From the NCBI RefSeq assembly GCF_988243305.1, contig NZ_OZ547139.1: a DNA stretch of 64,000 nt; one strand, given 5' to 3'. The position numbers and the translations under genes are program-made. This document shows positions 63,392 to 64,000 of the stretch, piece after piece. Each line of letters opens with the position of its first letter. Position 1 is the first letter of the stretch. This stretch comes from a plasmid. The notes beneath the pieces were generated by a model, which had not been told where the DNA came from, did no database searches, and saw nothing but the letters and a program-made list of their open reading frames with translations.

Positions 63392-64000
63392 TTAAATGGT
63401 CGCCGCCTGCCGGGCGTCTGCCTGCATCATGGCGTCAATCAGGGCGCCGGCGCAGGCAATATTCAGGCACGTCATGTTCGATTTCAGGGTCGCCATCATG
63501 TCCGCGCGGCTTCTTTTCAGAAACGGCTGCAGCGGACCACGATAGCCCTGTGAGGTCACGATAATCAGCTGAGTGGCCGCATCATGCAGTGCCGACACGC
63601 CGGCCAGAATATCCTGCTCAGCCGCGCTGATATACACGGGTGAACCGGCGATCACAAAGCGATCGTCCGGGCAGCGTTGCATCAGCTCAGCCAGGGAGGC
63701 GCAGCGGCCCGCCAGCGGGGGCCGTGCCGTCAGTGAGCCCCAGACGGTCGCCGGCGCGAAGGGCATGGCGTGAAACGTTGCCTCATACGCGACCGCCGGA
63801 TCGGTATGGTGGCGCAGCCCCAGACCGGCCGACATGGCCCACAGCTCGATGCCCGGCCACCGCGCCGCGATACCGCGGGCACGCAGCCAGTGTGCGCCCC
63901 GGTAAAGCTCTCCCGTTTCCAGCACCCTGCCAGGACGGCGGGCAGCCTGGGCGATCAGCCTGTACCAGCCGTCAAAGGCGTCATCAAGGGAAGCGTCGCC
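63392..64000 (-). CDS. Protein of unknown function, 5'-partial (frame open to the right edge)
   Basis: The frame has no stop between 63925 and 64000, so the listed GTG start is probably internal. Confidence 0.5.
   Translation of the reverse strand, partial: GDASLDDAFDGWYRLIAQAARRPGRVLETGELYRGAHWLRARGIAARWPGIELWAMSAGLGLRHHTDPAVAYEATFHAMPFAPATVWGSLTARPPLAGRCASLAELMQRCPDDRFVIAGSPVYISAAEQDILAGVSALHDAATQLIIVTSQGYRGPLQPFLKRSRADMMATLKSNMTCLNIACAGALIDAMMQADARQAATI

Overview
This window is a segment of an enterobacterial conjugative plasmid. By gene content and order (from memory, no search run) it best fits an IncL/M-type backbone (pCTX-M3/pOXA-48-like) with an I-type, Dot/Icm-related transfer system. 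From left to right it contains the following. (1) A replication-control region with antisense RNAI, a leader peptide and a RepC-position regulator; repA lies off the left edge. (2) excA-traY...traH plus a Sog-like primase on the minus strand (0.6-21.2 kb), interrupted by a plus-strand hns-like gene pair. (3) nikB-nikA-oriT (21.2-23.6 kb). (4) A ~13 kb leading region of small minus-strand genes that all point at oriT (ssb, klcA/ArdB, radC, korC-like, DGQHR/DndB-like and many unknowns); a ~90-bp promoter+5'UTR cassette recurs about a dozen times here. (5) nuc, parMR, a tyrosine recombinase, and a 5-gene operon with a membrane-anchored Mrr-like nuclease. (6) An IS26-bounded resistance mosaic: qnrB with a LexA box, pspF-pspABCD, a 5'-truncated blaDHA, and a truncated Tn3-family tnpA with its IR. 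(7) trbN-A-B-C, pemIK, mucAB and a wHTH-exonuclease module. No rRNA, tRNA or CRISPR was seen. The observations most worth following up are: an unannotated DinQ/ZorO-like type I toxin with a divergent sRNA (51.1-51.6 kb); the reiterated leading-region expression cassette; a cis-antisense RNA/46-aa ORF pair beside oriT; a KorC-type operator driving radC-korC-DGQHR, followed by ~450 nt of hairpin-rich non-coding DNA; and a Ros/MucR-like gene with an in-frame TGA exactly at a zinc-ligand cysteine position. All homology statements come from reading the translations. Nothing was searched or computed.
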